The position numbers and the translations under genes were made by a program. A DNA stretch of 64,000 bases from Akkermansia sp. (GTDB lineage: Bacteria > Verrucomicrobiota > Verrucomicrobiia > Verrucomicrobiales > Akkermansiaceae): the NCBI GenBank assembly GCA_030531305.1, contig JAUNNT010000001.1:9830-73829 (forward strand). The letters run 5' to 3'. The notes below the pieces were generated by a model. It saw nothing but the letters and a program-made list of their open reading frames with translations. It was not told the DNA's origin and did no database searches. Position 1 is the stretch's first letter, and each line of letters begins with the position of its first letter. Below are positions 8,844 through 17,592 of this stretch, one piece after another.

Positions 8844-10751
8844 GTGAAAGTTATTGTGGTAACAGGCGGCATTGCGTCCGGCAAGTCTACCGTCGTTGAG
8901 CTTCTGAAAGAGCTCGGCGGGGAGGGCGTGGAATGCTTCGATTGCGACGCCGCGGTGGCGGAGCTGCAGCAGAGCGGGCGTCTCTCGCGCGACCTGGTTG
9001 CCGCGTTCGGCGAACACGCGCTGGACGAGAAGGGCCAGGTGAACAAGGAGTTTCTGCGCGATTTGGTGAAGAACGACCCCGAGAAGCGCGACGAGCTGAA
9101 CCGCCTGGTACACCCGAAACTGGCGGAGATGTTCCGCGAGGCGCAGGCGGCAGCCCGCCAGCGCGGGGACGTGCACACCTTCCTGTTGGACATCCCGCTG
9201 TACTTCGAGAGCCCGGCGGTGTTCGGCGACGACGACACCATCGTGTGCGTGACAGCGGTGTCCGCGGAGACGCAGGTGGCGAGGCTGACGAAGCGCGACG
9301 GCATCGGCAAGCGCGAGGCCAAGGCGTTCATCGCCGCCCAGATGCCCACCCAGGAGAAAATCGACCGCGCCAACGTGGTCTTCTGGAACGAGGGCACACC
9401 CGACTACCTCAAGCGGCAGGTGGAGCTTTTCTATGCCACGGAGCTGGCCAGCGAGGCCAACGCCATGCACGCCCGCAGCATCGTCATCGACCTCAACGAG
9501 CTTCGCCTCAAGCCGCTCAACGAGCTGCAGCGCCTGGCCGTGGCCAAGGCCCGCAAGGGTTCGGAGAGCAAGCCGCGCCCGGAGCTGGTGGCGGAGCTGG
9601 CGCGCACCTTCCTCTCGGAGGGCAGCCAGGTGTTCGCCTCCGGCGTGCTGGAAATCGGCAAGGACAACGTGGCCTACATGCGCGACCCCGCCCGCAGCTT
9701 CCGCCCCAGCGCGGACGACCCCGTGGTGCCGCACGCTTTGGTGCAGAAGCACGGCCTGCGCGTGGGCAACAGCGTGAAGGCCCGCCTGCAGCTGCTGCAC
9801 GGCAAGGCCCCGGAGCGCTCCGTGGCCGCAGAGGTTATCACGGAGATTGAGGGCAAGCCCGCGGAGGAATACACGCAGCCCAAGGATTTCGACCACCTCA
9901 CCCCGCTCATCCCCACCAAGCGCCTCCTGCTGGAGAACCCGGACATCAAGTCCGCCGCCATGCGCGTGCTGGACATCATCACCCCGCTCGGCATGGGGCA
10001 GCGCGCGCTTGTGGTGGCGCCGCCGCGCGGCGGCAAGACCGTGCTGCTCAAGACGATGGCGCGCTCCCTGCGGGCGAACTACCCGGAGGCCACGCTGCTG
10101 GTGTTGCTGCTGGACGAGCGCCCGGAGGAGGTGACCGACTTTGAGGAATCCGTGGACGCTCCCGTGTACGCCTCCACGTTCGACGAGCCGTCCCGCCGCC
10201 ATGCGCAGCTGAGCGACATGGTGCTGGAGCGCGCCCGCCGCCTGGTGGAGCAGGGCAGGGATGTCATCATCATGCTGGATTCCCTCACCCGCCTCTCCCG
10301 CGGCTACAACGCCAACCAGACCGGCGGCCGCACCATGAGCGGCGGCCTCGGCTCCGGCGCGCTGGAGAAGCCACGCAAATTCTTCGGCGCCGCGCGCAGC
10401 ATCGAGGAGGGCGGCTCCCTCACCATCATCGCCACCTGCCTCGTGGACACCGAGTCCCGCATGGATGAAATCATCTTCGAGGAATTCAAGGGCACAGGCA
10501 ACATGGAAATCCGCCTGGACCGCGAGCTCTCCGAGCGCCGCATCTACCCCGCCATCTCCATCCCCCAGAGCGGCACCCGCAACGACGACCGCCTCTACCA
10601 TCCCGACGAGATGACGCGCATCCTCCAGGTGCGCCGCCAGCTCGCCTCCCTGCCGGGCTGGGAGGGCCTGGAGACCCTGCTGCGCAACATCGCCAAGACC
10701 CAGAACAACGCAGAGCTCCTGCTCAAAGGCTTGACCATCTCCACGCGCTAA
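8844..10751 (+). CDS. coaE-rho: Fusion of dephospho-CoA kinase (N-terminal ~195 aa) and transcription termination factor Rho
   Basis: Single 635-aa ORF. CoaE part: VTGGIASGKS, DCDAAV, HPK, DIPLYFE. Rho part: GQRALVVAPPRGGKT, DERPEEVTD, STFDEP, LDSLTRL, EFKGTGNME, RRIYPAI. Confidence 0.92.
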   Translation: MKVIVVTGGIASGKSTVVELLKELGGEGVECFDCDAAVAELQQSGRLSRDLVAAFGEHALDEKGQVNKEFLRDLVKNDPEKRDELNRLVHPKLAEMFREAQAAARQRGDVHTFLLDIPLYFESPAVFGDDDTIVCVTAVSAETQVARLTKRDGIGKREAKAFIAAQMPTQEKIDRANVVFWNEGTPDYLKRQVELFYATELASEANAMHARSIVIDLNELRLKPLNELQRLAVAKARKGSESKPRPELVAELARTFLSEGSQVFASGVLEIGKDNVAYMRDPARSFRPSADDPVVPHALVQKHGLRVGNSVKARLQLLHGKAPERSVAAEVITEIEGKPAEEYTQPKDFDHLTPLIPTKRLLLENPDIKSAAMRVLDIITPLGMGQRALVVAPPRGGKTVLLKTMARSLRANYPEATLLVLLLDERPEEVTDFEESVDAPVYASTFDEPSRRHAQLSDMVLERARRLVEQGRDVIIMLDSLTRLSRGYNANQTGGRTMSGGLGSGALEKPRKFFGAARSIEEGGSLTIIATCLVDTESRMDEIIFEEFKGTGNMEIRLDRELSERRIYPAISIPQSGTRNDDRLYHPDEMTRILQVRRQLASLPGWEGLETLLRNIAKTQNNAELLLKGLTISTR

Positions 10752-10770
10752 CCCCGCGCGCGGTTTCTTC

Positions 10771-10812
10771 CTAATTCTAATCCTAATCTTACTCCTCATC
10801 CTCATCCTAATT
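10771..10812 (+). repeat. Degenerate hexamer tandem repeat, 7 units of CT(A/C)AT(C/T)
   Basis: ctaatt ctaatc ctaatc ttactc ctcatc ctcatc ctaatt, read directly. Confidence 0.85.
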
Positions 10813-10840
10813 CCCCGTGTTCCCGCACGGGGAATTTTTT
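10809..10840 (+). terminator. Intrinsic terminator after coaE-rho
   Basis: 11-bp stem AATTCCCCGTG / CACGGGGAATT, 6-nt loop, followed by a T-tract. Confidence 0.8.
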
Positions 10841-10903
10841 CATGTCCTCTCCCCGCGATTATCCTTTACATCCCGCCGCTGTTGGTGCATCCTTGCCGCC
10901 GAC

Positions 10904-12649
10904 ATGAATTTCGCCCAACTCGGCATCTGCCCGGAAATCCTTGAAGCCATCGACATGCTGGGGTTCGAGACCCCGTCCCCCATTCAGGAACAGGCCATCC
11001 CGCCCGCCCTGGACGGCGCGGACATCGTGGGCCTCTCCCACACTGGAAGCGGCAAGACCCTCGCCTTCGCCATCCCCGCGCTGGAGAGCATCGACCCCGC
11101 GCTGCGTGCCGTGCAGGTGCTCTGCCTGGCCCCCACGCGCGAGCTCGCCGTGCAAATCTGCCGAGAGGTGGACAAGCTCGCCATGTACCTGGACGGCGTT
11201 TCCGCCGTGCCCATCTACGGCGGCGCATCCTTCGGCCCGCAGCTTTCCGCGCTCAAGCGCGGCGTGCAGTTTGTGGTCGGCACGCCCGGCCGCATCATCG
11301 ACCTCATGGAGCAGGGCGAGCTGCGCACGGACGCCGTCTCCACGCTCATCCTGGACGAGGCGGACGAGATGTTGGACATGGGCTTCCAGGAGGACATCGA
11401 GCGCATCGTGGTCTCCCTGCCGGAACAGCGGCAGACGCTCTTCTTCTCCGCCACCATGTCCCACCCCATCCGCGAGCTCATCAAGCGCATCTCGCACGAC
11501 CCGCGGGAGATTGCCGTGGAGCGCCCCGTGCTCACCGTGCCCACCTGCGAGCAGGTGGCCTACGAGGTGCTGTTCTCCTCGCGCATCGAGGTGCTCAGCC
11601 GCCTCATCGAGATGGGCCGCATGAAGCGCGGCCTGGTTTTCGCCAACACCAAGCGCGTGGTGGACGACGTGGTGGACGGCCTGCTGGCGCGCGGGTATTC
11701 CGTGGACCGCCTGCACGGCGACATGCCGCAGACTCTCCGCGAGCGCGTGATGGAATCTTTCCGCAAGGGCAACCTCAACGTCCTGGTGGCCACGGATATC
11801 GCAGCCCGCGGGCTGGATATCGACGACGTGGACATGGTGGTGAACTTCGAGCTGCCGCGCGAGCCGGAGGACTACGTCCACCGCATCGGCAGAACCGCCC
11901 GCGCAGGACGCAAGGGCAGGGCCGTCACCTTCTTCGGCAGACGCGATTTCTCCCTCATGGGACGCATCGAGCGCTTCGTCGGCACACGCATGCAGCGCGA
12001 GCAGGTCATGACCGCAGACGAGGTGGAGCAGATGCGCCGCGAGGCCCTGGTGGACGACATCCTGGAGAAGGCCGCGCGTTCCCACGAGCTGCCGGAGGAA
12101 CTGCGCGACCTGGACATGCCGGAGGAGAAGCTGATGTGCGCCATGTTCCACCTGCTGGCGGAGCGCGCCAGCCGCGAGATACAGCCCATCCCGGAGGACC
12201 GCCCCAAGCGCCATGGCCGCGTGGCGGAGGACGAGCTGCCCGTGGAGAAGGGCAACGACTGGAGCCTGCAGGAGAGCGTCACCCTCTTCATGAACGCCGG
12301 AAAGATGCTCCACATCCGCCCCAAGGACATCGCCGGACTCCTCTACAACGAGGGCGGCGCACCCAAGGGCAGCATCGGCGATATCCGCATGTTCCCCAAG
12401 CACTCCCTGATAGAGGTTTCCCCGGAGGTCGCACCCCGGCTCGTCGAGCGCCTCGCCACCGCCTCCATTTGCGGGTACGAGGTCAACATCCGCGAGGACA
12501 AGGGACGCCCCGCCCCGCGCCCCTCCTTCCGCAACAACGACGATTTCCGCCCACGCGAACGCCAGCGCCGCGACCGCGATTCCCGCGACTCCCGCAAGCG
12601 CGAAACCCGCTTCTACGACCGCTTCAACCGCCGCCCCCGCAGAGGGTGA
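10904..12649 (+). CDS. deaD: DEAD-box RNA helicase with C-terminal DbpA-type RNA-binding domain (DeaD/CsdA-like)
   Basis: Q motif PSPIQ, HTGSGKT, PTRELA, TPGR, DEAD, SAT, HRIGRTAR; C-terminal DIAG...IGDIR domain and Arg-rich tail. Confidence 0.9.
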   Translation: MNFAQLGICPEILEAIDMLGFETPSPIQEQAIPPALDGADIVGLSHTGSGKTLAFAIPALESIDPALRAVQVLCLAPTRELAVQICREVDKLAMYLDGVSAVPIYGGASFGPQLSALKRGVQFVVGTPGRIIDLMEQGELRTDAVSTLILDEADEMLDMGFQEDIERIVVSLPEQRQTLFFSATMSHPIRELIKRISHDPREIAVERPVLTVPTCEQVAYEVLFSSRIEVLSRLIEMGRMKRGLVFANTKRVVDDVVDGLLARGYSVDRLHGDMPQTLRERVMESFRKGNLNVLVATDIAARGLDIDDVDMVVNFELPREPEDYVHRIGRTARAGRKGRAVTFFGRRDFSLMGRIERFVGTRMQREQVMTADEVEQMRREALVDDILEKAARSHELPEELRDLDMPEEKLMCAMFHLLAERASREIQPIPEDRPKRHGRVAEDELPVEKGNDWSLQESVTLFMNAGKMLHIRPKDIAGLLYNEGGAPKGSIGDIRMFPKHSLIEVSPEVAPRLVERLATASICGYEVNIREDKGRPAPRPSFRNNDDFRPRERQRRDRDSRDSRKRETRFYDRFNRRPRRG

Positions 12650-12668
12650 TTGGCGCGCGGGTGAAAAC

Positions 12669-12710
12669 GGGGGTGTGGATACACGCCAACGCCCGCTTAC
12701 CAACCACCAC
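12669..12710 (+). repeat. Partial copy (3' end) of the three-hairpin dispersed repeat
   Basis: GGGGGTGTGGATACACGCCAACGC matches the ends of copies at 55258-55277 and 58995-59016. Confidence 0.8.
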
Positions 12711-12780
12711 AAAAACGCCCCGCAAGGCACTAGGCCGAGCGGGGCGGTTCATTCACGCGCGCAACGCGCGCCTAACTTTC

Positions 12781-12813
12781 AAATTGTAAATCGTAAATTG
12801 TCAATTGTAAATT
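12781..12813. repeat. Heptamer tandem repeat (AAATTGT)n, about 4.7 units
   Basis: aaattgt aaatcgt aaattgt caattgt aaatt, read directly. Confidence 0.85.
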
Positions 12814-12824
12814 ACGCCGCGGCG

Positions 12825-14147
12825 TCATTCGTTGTCGATACGGATCATGCCGTAGGAATCGCGCTTGTCGCCGTTGTCGAAGATGATGTAGACGTGGGGT
12901 TCCTTGAGCTTGGACTCGGCGGTGACGGTGTAGCTGTTGTTGCGGGGGGAGCCGGAGGCCTCGCCCTCGTGCTCGTCCTCGGAAACCAGCTCCTCGCCGT
13001 CGTAGAGCATCACCTTCTTGATGCGCAGCGGGTCCTTGCCCTTGTGGTACATGAACTGCAGGGTGTAGGAGCCGGCATCGGAAATCGGCAGGTCGCCGCG
13101 CAGCAGGATGGGCGTGTTGTCGTCCGGGATGCCGCGCGGGGTCCAGCCCTCCGCGTAGTTGAGCTTCCAGCTCCACACGTCCGGCACCACCTTGGCGCTG
13201 CGGCCCAGCAGGGATTCCGGGTCCAGCTCGGCCATGCGCTTGCACCACCGGGGAATCTGGAGGCTGCCCTTGTAGCCGCCGTCGCGGTGGAGCACGCCGA
13301 TGACGGCGGCGCACATCTCCTGCTTCTGCACGGCGGTGTAGGCGTTGTCTTCAAGCTTGCCCTCCACCTCCTTGATGACATCCTGAATGGCGGCCCACCT
13401 GGCGTCCTTGGAGCTGCAATCGGCCACCTGCTTGCGCTTCTCGCCGGCGAAGCCGAGGCCGTCGAAGGTGACGCGGCGCACATAGCCGCTCCCGTCCTCC
13501 GGGTCCAGCTCCTTGAGCTTCTCCGCCACCTTGTCCGGGCGGTTGATGCCCTCCATTGTGGCGGCCTCGCCCAGGTACTTGGCGGCCTCCGCGCCGGATG
13601 CCGCGGCTGACTTCTTCAGCAGGGCCTCCTGCTGGTGCAGCAGCTCCAGCTTGCCCGCAACGTCCGCCGCAATGTCCGCGACAGGGCGGGTGAGCATGTC
13701 CGGGCCGTACACGTCCGCGTAGTGGCGGCCGTCCTTGTCGAAGAACATGATGGCGGGGTAGGTCTCGTCATGGAACCCGCGGTTCTTCTCCGGGATGGGT
13801 CCCCAGAATGCCTCCTGCTCCTTCTTCACCTTGTCCGTGACGTTCTGGTAGACGGGCGCGAGCAGCAGGCGCGCGCTTCCAGCGGCCTTCTGGATGTCCG
13901 CGTTGGTGATCCACGCCTTGGCGAAAGACTCGCTGTAGCGGTCCCAGTCCGCGGCGTAGGCGAAGGCGATGTAGCCGTCGTCGGTGACGGATTCCTTGGC
14001 CTTGGTGAAGTTTTCCGCCTGGTTGGGGCTCTGCGCGCCTGCGGCGGGAGCGGTGGGCGGCTGCGGCTCCACGGGGGGAGCCTCTTTCTTCTGTTCGTGG
14101 CAGCCCGCCATTCCGACGGCGAGCGCGAGTATCATAAGCCTTTTCAT
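12825..14147 (-). CDS. Hypothetical lipoprotein: Cys-less thioredoxin-like N-domain and beta-sandwich C-domain
   Basis: Lipobox GMAGC; FAYAADWDRYS at the usual WCxxC position and YPAIMFFDKDG; C-terminal YTLQFMY..G...L.IKKV.L...SEDEHEG. Confidence 0.7.
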   Translation of the reverse strand: MKRLMILALAVGMAGCHEQKKEAPPVEPQPPTAPAAGAQSPNQAENFTKAKESVTDDGYIAFAYAADWDRYSESFAKAWITNADIQKAAGSARLLLAPVYQNVTDKVKKEQEAFWGPIPEKNRGFHDETYPAIMFFDKDGRHYADVYGPDMLTRPVADIAADVAGKLELLHQQEALLKKSAAASGAEAAKYLGEAATMEGINRPDKVAEKLKELDPEDGSGYVRRVTFDGLGFAGEKRKQVADCSSKDARWAAIQDVIKEVEGKLEDNAYTAVQKQEMCAAVIGVLHRDGGYKGSLQIPRWCKRMAELDPESLLGRSAKVVPDVWSWKLNYAEGWTPRGIPDDNTPILLRGDLPISDAGSYTLQFMYHKGKDPLRIKKVMLYDGEELVSEDEHEGEASGSPRNNSYTVTAESKLKEPHVYIIFDNGDKRDSYGMIRIDNE

Positions 14148-14189
14148 ATCTGCTGAATCAGTTTGGGGTTAGTCTTGCTTGCTGTCGTG

Positions 14190-16658
14190 TTACGCGGCCT
14201 TCTTGCCGTAGACGTAGATGCCGCGCAGGTGGAAGAACTCTGGCCCGCCGTCGCGGATGACGCGGATGTACTTGGCGCGCGGCCAGTCGGCCTCCGCACC
14301 CATGTCGAAGCGCATCACCTCGCCGCTGTACGGGGCGGCCGCGGGACCCACGTCCGTCCAGCTCTCACCGTCCTCGGAGACCTGGATGTGCATGTTGTTC
14401 AGTCGGCCCGTGTTGTGGCTGGTGCAGACCACCACCACGCCGGAGACCATGGCCGGGCGCACCAGCATGATGGCGGCCCAGGGGTTCTCCTCCTTGTCGG
14501 TGTGGAAGCTGCCGCCGCACTCCTTGAGCAGGCCGGGATGGCCCGCGCCGGACGGCTGGCCGAACCGCGAGGACACCGAGCTGAAGTACGGCACGCCGCG
14601 CTCGGACATCAGGCGCCCCTTGAACGGCTCGAACGAGGGCATCTTGTCCTTGGGCGCCGTGTAGTCCTTGGACAGCAGCTCCGACAGGTTGTTGAAAGAG
14701 TTCAGGTCGCGGCTGGTCTCGCAGTTCACCAGCAGCTCGCCGATCATCTTGTCGCGCGACTTGGCGTCCATCTTGGCGCCGCCCTTGGCGGAGAGCGCCA
14801 CCACGTTGGCCTCCATCATGCGCTTGGGCATGTCGCCCTGGTGCTTGGCCGCCAGCTTGGTGCCCCAGGCCAGCACCTTGGGCGCGTAGTGGCGGTTCAC
14901 AAACGTGTTGGAGAGCACCAGCGTGTAGAAGTCCAACGTCACCTGCTTCTCGTCGCCGCCGAGCTTCTTGAGGATGTCCAGCTGGGCGTTGCACATCTCG
15001 TCCGCGTGCCAGGCGTCCGGTTCCAGCTTCTCCATGCTGCGGGAGGCGCGCTCCACCGGCTTCCAGAAGTTCAGGAAGCATTCCTCCAGCTTGTCCTTGC
15101 CGTAGGATGCCGCGTTGTCCGCCAGCACCGGGTACAGGTACGTGCGCAGGATTTCCGCCGCCATCTCCGGGTAGCGCTCGGAGAGTTTGTCGCACACCAG
15201 CGTGTTGTAGGTCAGCCACGCCTCCGGCTTGGCCTTGCCGGACTTCAGGTGCGCGGCGTATTCGCGCCAGGCGAGGTAGTTGCAGGGCTGGGCGTCCACC
15301 GCGGCCTTGTAGGCTTTCACGGCCTTGTCCTTGTCGTTGATGTCGGCAAAGGCGCGGGCCACCATGCGGTAGGCGTTGGAGAGGTCGGTCTTCTTGGCGG
15401 CCTTCTCGCTCTGCATCTCGGTCTGCATGTGCAGGGATGAGTAGCGGTGCACGTCCTTCCACACGGTCCAGTGGAGGCCGCGCTCCCAGGAGAGGGAGTA
15501 GGCGGGGGTCCACACGCCGTTGACCATCACCACCAGGGCGCAGTGGGCGGGCTCGCCTGCGGTCATGGCGGGCACGCCGTTGGCGCAGGCCGCGTACGCG
15601 CCGTAGTGGGAGAGGCTGCCGCACACGCCGCCCACGTTCTGCGTGAGCAGGTAGTGGTTGCCGTCGAACATGCCCTTGAAGGGCTCGAAGTAGCCGTTGT
15701 TGTGGATGATTTCGCCGTAGATGTTGTAGAGCTTGTAGCCGCAGCGCCAGTAGCAGCCGCAGTACTTCTGCGCGGGCAGGTGGAGGTTGTCCACGGCCCA
15801 CTGCAGGGCCTCCGGCGTGGCGGAGCTGTGCATGCCCTTGGCGCCGCACACCACGCGGTACTGCCAGAAGGGCAGGGTATCGAACGACGTGTTGAGCTTG
15901 CCGGCCTTCCAGTTGCGGATGAAGTGGTCGGCGCGGGGCTCGGCGTAGGCGAACGGGTAGCCCGCCTGCGCGTATTCAAGCGCGGTGGCGGTGGCGATGT
16001 TGCGCAGCACGCCCGCGCGCCGCGCCTCCGGGTGCTTCTTGAAAATCTCGCCCAGGATGGCCAGCGCGCGGCCCGGTTGCGCGCACTCGCCGGAGAACAG
16101 GAACTGGTTGAGCCACTCGCGGTCGCTGCAGATGCGGTCCAGCAGAACCAGCAGCTGCGGGTTGTTGAGCGCTGCGTCAAGCGTCCACGGCACCTCCTTC
16201 TCCGCCTTGGCCTCCGCCAGCTTGCGGTTCAGCTCCTTCACCAGGTCGCGGCTCTCCTGGGATGCATCCGCCAGCGTGAGCATGTTGCTCTTCTTCTCGG
16301 CTATCTGCTTCTCCAGGTCCTCGATGGTCTGCGCGTTCTCCTTGGTGAACTTCGCTATGGCGGCGGAGCTGTCGCTGTCGCACTTGCTGAGCATGTAGCG
16401 CGCCATCCGCTTCCAGTTCGCGTCGTCCGCTGCATACTGGCGGAACTTCTCGCGTCCCAGGTCCGGCGCGGCTTGCGTGATGCCGTCAAGAGCGCTTCCC
16501 GTGGCCTCGCCCACTCCGGCGTCCCACACCAGCTCGTAGTCAAGCTTGGGCGCCTTCAGGAAATCCAGCACCTCCGTCTGCGTGTACAGGTACGCCGCGG
16601 CGCCTACCAGCACCACGCCTGTCAATCCTATGATTTTTCCCGTTTTCATCAGATTCAT
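14190..16658 (-). CDS. Membrane-anchored/secreted protein with transglutaminase-like Cys/His motif and C-terminal discoidin (F5/8C, CBM32-like) domain
   Basis: N-terminal hydrophobic segment; GGVCGS...ANGVPA...PAHCA; C-terminal FHTDKEENPW...IQVSEDGESW...AKYIRV...FHLRGIYVYG. Confidence 0.65.
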   Translation of the reverse strand: MNLMKTGKIIGLTGVVLVGAAAYLYTQTEVLDFLKAPKLDYELVWDAGVGEATGSALDGITQAAPDLGREKFRQYAADDANWKRMARYMLSKCDSDSSAAIAKFTKENAQTIEDLEKQIAEKKSNMLTLADASQESRDLVKELNRKLAEAKAEKEVPWTLDAALNNPQLLVLLDRICSDREWLNQFLFSGECAQPGRALAILGEIFKKHPEARRAGVLRNIATATALEYAQAGYPFAYAEPRADHFIRNWKAGKLNTSFDTLPFWQYRVVCGAKGMHSSATPEALQWAVDNLHLPAQKYCGCYWRCGYKLYNIYGEIIHNNGYFEPFKGMFDGNHYLLTQNVGGVCGSLSHYGAYAACANGVPAMTAGEPAHCALVVMVNGVWTPAYSLSWERGLHWTVWKDVHRYSSLHMQTEMQSEKAAKKTDLSNAYRMVARAFADINDKDKAVKAYKAAVDAQPCNYLAWREYAAHLKSGKAKPEAWLTYNTLVCDKLSERYPEMAAEILRTYLYPVLADNAASYGKDKLEECFLNFWKPVERASRSMEKLEPDAWHADEMCNAQLDILKKLGGDEKQVTLDFYTLVLSNTFVNRHYAPKVLAWGTKLAAKHQGDMPKRMMEANVVALSAKGGAKMDAKSRDKMIGELLVNCETSRDLNSFNNLSELLSKDYTAPKDKMPSFEPFKGRLMSERGVPYFSSVSSRFGQPSGAGHPGLLKECGGSFHTDKEENPWAAIMLVRPAMVSGVVVVCTSHNTGRLNNMHIQVSEDGESWTDVGPAAAPYSGEVMRFDMGAEADWPRAKYIRVIRDGGPEFFHLRGIYVYGKKAA

Positions 16659-16807
16659 TAAGCGGTTGCAACCATTTTACCTAACTTAACCAATTCCGCA
16701 AGCAAATTCTTCCCGCGCGCGCGAAAAATGCGGCACGGACGCGGCTGCCTGTTGGCAATTTTTCTTGTCTTTCCGCTCCTGCAATGCTAGAAAGGATGCA
16801 AGCTGGT

Positions 16808-17524
16808 ATGGATGTACACGCCGCACAGTGGATCGGCATGCGCGAGAAGATGGAAGACGCCTACGCCGTCTCCCATTTCCCGAACGGTACGATCGCCGTG
16901 GTGTGCGACGGCATGGGCGGCCACAGCCACGGTGATTTGGCCGCCCGCGCCGCGGCGGACGCCTTCTGCGCCGCCTTTGCGCGGCTGGCGGACATGGATG
17001 ACGTGCCGCGGCGCCTGCGCGTGGCGCTGGACGAGGCGAACGAGGCCGTGGGGGCGCTCCTGCTGGAGCGCGGCGGCGAATTCGGCGGCACCACGCTGCT
17101 GGCCGCATTTGTCACCCGCCATCTGCTCTACCACATCAGCGTGGGGGATTCCGCGCTCTTCCTCTGGCGAGGCGGCTCCCTCTCACGCCTGAACGAGGAC
17201 CACTCCATGCGCGGCTTCTACCAGGGCTTCGGCCCCGAGTGCGCCATGCCGGACAGCCATTGCCTGCGCAGCGCGCTCACCGGAGAGCCCCCCGAGATGG
17301 TGGACGCCCCGTCGCAGGGCTTCCCCCTGCTGCCGCACGACCGCATCATCCTGGCGTCCGACGGCGTGGAGGAGCTGCTGTTCGACTGCAACCCCAAGGC
17401 CTCCGTGCGCCGCATCCTTTCCTCAACGGATACCCCGCTGGCACCCGCCCTGGTGCAGGCCGTGGAAGCCCTGCGCTTCCCCATGGCCGACAACGTGACC
17501 ATCCTCACCCTGGACGCGGAGTGA
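16808..17524 (+). CDS. PP2C/PPM family Ser/Thr protein phosphatase
   Basis: REKMEDAY, VVCDGMGGH, GGTT, SVGDS, LASDG, DNVT motifs. Confidence 0.9.
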   Translation: MDVHAAQWIGMREKMEDAYAVSHFPNGTIAVVCDGMGGHSHGDLAARAAADAFCAAFARLADMDDVPRRLRVALDEANEAVGALLLERGGEFGGTTLLAAFVTRHLLYHISVGDSALFLWRGGSLSRLNEDHSMRGFYQGFGPECAMPDSHCLRSALTGEPPEMVDAPSQGFPLLPHDRIILASDGVEELLFDCNPKASVRRILSSTDTPLAPALVQAVEALRFPMADNVTILTLDAE

Positions 17525-17592
17525 ACATACTCGTTTTGTACAAAAGTAAACCTTGACAGCGTCATAACCATACCCTACAATCCGCGCCGCGC

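Noticed and set aside
5825-10805. 957-aa (+) and 981-aa (-) ORFs
   Set aside because: Antisense shadows of recG/amidase and coaE-rho.
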